From the human T2T-CHM13v2.0 reference genome, Homo sapiens, in the NCBI RefSeq assembly GCF_009914755.1, contig NC_060937.1: DNA of 64,000 nt; one strand, written 5' to 3'. The notes under the pieces were generated by a model. The model was not told where the DNA came from, made no database searches, and saw only the letters and a program-made list of their open reading frames with translations. The translations under genes and the position numbers were made by a program. This document shows, piece by piece, positions 60,292 through 64,000 of the stretch (the stretch's first letter is position 1; every line of letters starts with the position of its first letter).

Positions 60292-60435
60292 CAATTTAAT
60301 TTTAAGTTCTGGGGTACATGTGCAGGACATGCAGGTTTGTTACATAGGTAAATGTGTACCATGGTGATTAGCTGCACCTATCAACCCATCACCTAGGTAT
60401 TACGCCAGAATGCATTAGCTATTTTTTTCCTGATG
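60292..60435 (-). mobile_element. Short 5'-truncated L1PA 3' end
   Basis: TTTTAAGTTCTGGGGTACATGTGCAGGA..GTTACATAGGTAAA; TSD CAGAAAAGCATTTTT / CAGAAGAACATTTTT. Confidence 0.88.
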
Positions 60436-60751
60436 CAGAAGAACATTTTTAAACTGAGTTTTTGAGAATTAGTTTCCTTGGTGATCAAGCTGTTTTGGGA
60501 AATGTAACAAGTTCAGTGTGGCTGAAATTTAGGGTCCACGGGAAGATGGAAACAATTTGTGAGAAGTGAGATGGAAAGAGTTATGTGATGCAAAGGGCCT
60601 CATACGTAGTGTTAAGGGCTTTGGACTTCTAAATCATGGCACACTACCACAGAGTTGTAAAGACAGGAGCAATCCCATTTGCATTTTATAATAATCACTG
60701 TAGGCATGGCAATGATTGGATTCAGAGGAGGAGTAGAAAGAAGTGAATCTA

Positions 60752-61101
60752 GAATTCCATGGTGTATATGTGATACATTTTCTTTATCCAGTCATCCGCT
60801 GATAGACACTTAGGTTGATTCCATGACTTTACTATTGTGAATAGTGCTGTGATAAACAAATGAGTGCAGGTATCTTTTTGATATAATGATTTCTTTTCCT
60901 TTGGGTAGATACCCATTAATGAGACCCCTGGATCAAATGGTAGTTATATTTTTAGCTCTTTGAGAAATGTTCGTACTGTTTTCCATAGAGGCTGTATTAA
61001 TTTACATTCCCACCAACAGTGTATAGGTGTTCCTTTTTCTCTGCATCCTTGCCAACATCTGTTGACTTTTTAATAATAGCCATTCTGACTGGTGTAAGAT
61101 G
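60752..61101 (-). mobile_element. Internal L1 (L1PB/MA-like) ORF2-end fragment within an L2 relic
   Basis: ORF remnant [32 protein letters not shown]; no 3'UTR or poly(A). Confidence 0.85.
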
Positions 61102-61645
61102 GAATCTAAACAGACCTGTTCGGAGCTTAGGGTAATGTTTCAGGCAAGAGATGATGAGGGCATGTGGGGTGAGGAAGAGCCAACACTGCCAAGCAATATT
61201 TAGGAGGAGGAATGCTGGACTCATTTGATCAAATAAATGTGGGTTATGACAGAGTTGGAGTTACCATGAGGTTTCTAGCTTGGGTGATTTTGTAGACGAG
61301 GAATGAGAAGACTGAGGTTAGGGAATATGAACAGATAGAATAAATGGCTCTTCCAATGCTAAAGTCTTCTTGTGGAAGAAAGACATCAGGGTACTTGGTG
61401 TTTTGGGAAAATGGGCCCTCATATATTAAGATGTATTTATTCAGTTGAAGTCAGATATCTCACAGAGCAGTCCGGGGCTGGACATCTACTGGGGGTAAGT
61501 GGCATCATTTTACAATGGGCTGCTGACAGCATGTGCACGTGGGGTGAAGAAATTGGCTGAAACTTACAGGGTCCTTTGTACCCTGAGGACACACACAGGC
61601 AGCCTTAGATACATTCATACAGCTTCTGTCCAGTTTACCTATGGA

Positions 61646-61985
<340 letters not shown>

Positions 61986-62414
61986 TAGTTAATGGTTTGC
62001 AGGCATTTTTACCTTCGGATTTTCTTCATCTCAAGAACTGTTCTGTCCCTTAACATCAAATAGACACACCCACACCACACACATGCACCCTGTGGTAACT
62101 ATCATTTATATAAATGATAGTTTATATAAATATATAAAATATGCCAATGGCACCTACCTTTACATCTACGGACTTGCCTTCTGCTCTAAATTCCCAACCA
62201 CAACCACCAGTTGCTCACACTAAAACTAGGTGTCATCCTTGATTCTTCTCTTCATTTCCTTCCATAAGCAACTGCTGTTTACAGTTTTCAGAACGCATCC
62301 TAGTTGCATCCACTTCTCTCCTTCTGTGGATACCATTCTAGTCGTGGCTAGCATGACTTTCTCCTCAGCCACAGCCTTGGCTTCCTCACTCATTCCCCTG
62401 CTCCCTTCCACATA

Positions 62415-62718
62415 TTTTTTTTTTTTTTTGACACCCAGGTGTGGCACGATCTCAGCTCACTGTAACCTCTGCCTCCCGCGTTCAAGCAATTCTCCTGCCT
62501 CAGCCTCCTAGGTAGCTGGGATTACAGGTGCCCGCCACCATCATTATGTATTTTTTTGTAAAAAATACAAAAATTAGTACTGGCTAATTTTTGTATTTTT
62601 TAGTAGAGATGGGGTTTCACTGTATTGACCAGGCTGGTCTCTTACTCCTGACCTTGTGATCGACCCGCCTTGGCCTCCCAAAGTGCTGGGATTACAGGTG
62701 TGAGCCACCATGCCCAGC
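62415..62718 (-). mobile_element. AluS with rearranged middle A-rich linker, inserted in L2 relic (~62150-63300)
   Basis: Reverse Alu; CCTTCCACA duplication at both ends. Confidence 0.88.
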
Positions 62719-64000
62719 CTCCTTCCACACTCTTACAGCCCTTTCTCCAACAAGCTGCCAGACTAAGCCTGAAACATAAGACTCCACCACTTCACTCTCC
62801 TGCTCAAAGTCATCCGCGGTCCCCGTCCCACCCAGACTGCGGACTACATGTTTCTGCTCCCACCGACCTCTCTGAGCTGAGGTTGTTTCACGCTTCCCCT
62901 CATTCACTTTTCGTTCCTTGAATGTCCATGTTTGTTCCCATCTGAAGGCCTTTGTGTGAGCTGTTTCTAGCACCTGGAATAATGTGCCCAGACCCTCACC
63001 CAGATGGTTCCTTCCTGTCATTCAGCTCCCAGATGCCAAGTCACCTCCTTTCAAGAGGCATTTTCTGGCCAAACCCCTTGGATTGCTTTCTAGTCATCTC
63101 CAATCATATCCTCATTACATTTTCATCAAGGCACTTATCACTACCAGATGCTAGCCAGTTGTCACTCTTGCTCCACTACATGGTAAGAAGTGGGGGCCGC
63201 ATTTGTCTTATTAAATACTGTGCCCCTAGAGCACAGAAAGTGGCTGGATCATTGCAGGCACAATAATTTTACTGAAGAGGGAACAGATGAATGAACACAA
63301 ATATTCTGGAAAAGTGATAATGCTACCAAGTGTAAAAAAAAAAAAAAAGTCAATCTCTGGCAATTTCAAAAGATGATCAGGTTTGTAAGTGACATAGAAC
63401 TTAAATACTTAAATTAAGGATTAAAATTAAATACAGGCTAGGAGAAAATAAAGAAGACAAGCAAGTAAAGGCCCACATGGAAGCTAGGCAGAGAAGGGGC
63501 TCGACTAATGCATTCTAAGGAAGCAGAAGGGTGTAAGATAGACAAGGAACACTCTGATTGCGATCCTCCCTTTCTAAAAGGTGTTGCTTGGATCTTCTTG
63601 TATTTTTTTGGAGCCCTTTTCTCCTTGAAAGCCATCATCAATAGCATTCAATCAAGCCTCCCACTCAGGAGAGGAGAGAGAGGCAGACATGGAAACTCAC
63701 ACACATATTCTCTTCATATTTTCTCACCTTTCTATGCCAATATGTTTTCCTTTAATGCTCCTGGAGGTACCCTTCACATAGAATACGATGTGAATAGTGC
63801 CCCCTGGGGTTGTGCAATATGGGTGTCCTGAAAAGAGAGAGTAGCAAGCCAAATGTGGCAGCACCAAATTTCTTGCTACCCAGGCTTCTTTCCATTTAAA
63901 AAAATGCTCTGACAATTTTTTAAAATGTTAGGGCTACATCTAATCAATTCCTAACACTCAAAATGAAAACAGGCTCAATTGCATATTGTTCTGGAGACTG

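Overview
Primate (very likely human) genomic DNA holding the 3' end of KLF12 (Kruppel-like factor 12, AP-2rep) on the minus strand. It contains the 158-nt penultimate coding exon (25136-24979, zinc finger 1) and the last exon (CDS 5276-5095, zinc fingers 2-3). More than 5 kb of 3'UTR follows and runs off the left edge. The rest is intron: about 19.7 kb between the two exons and over 38 kb of the upstream intron. The introns carry about 22 Alu/FLAM elements, a near full-length Tigger1, L1/L2/MIR relics, two MaLR LTRs, MER DNA transposons and microsatellites. Almost all ORFs in the supplied track are repeat-derived or chance. I see no convincing new gene or multi-gene system. The most notable unexplained structures are (i) a predicted RNA hairpin burying the weak donor of the ZF1 exon, with an in-frame stop and an intronic AATAAA downstream, which suggests a truncated-isoform switch, and (ii) several templated-insertion or snap-back repair scars between about 43.8 and 62.6 kb. 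Repeat subfamily calls and boundaries are by eye and approximate.
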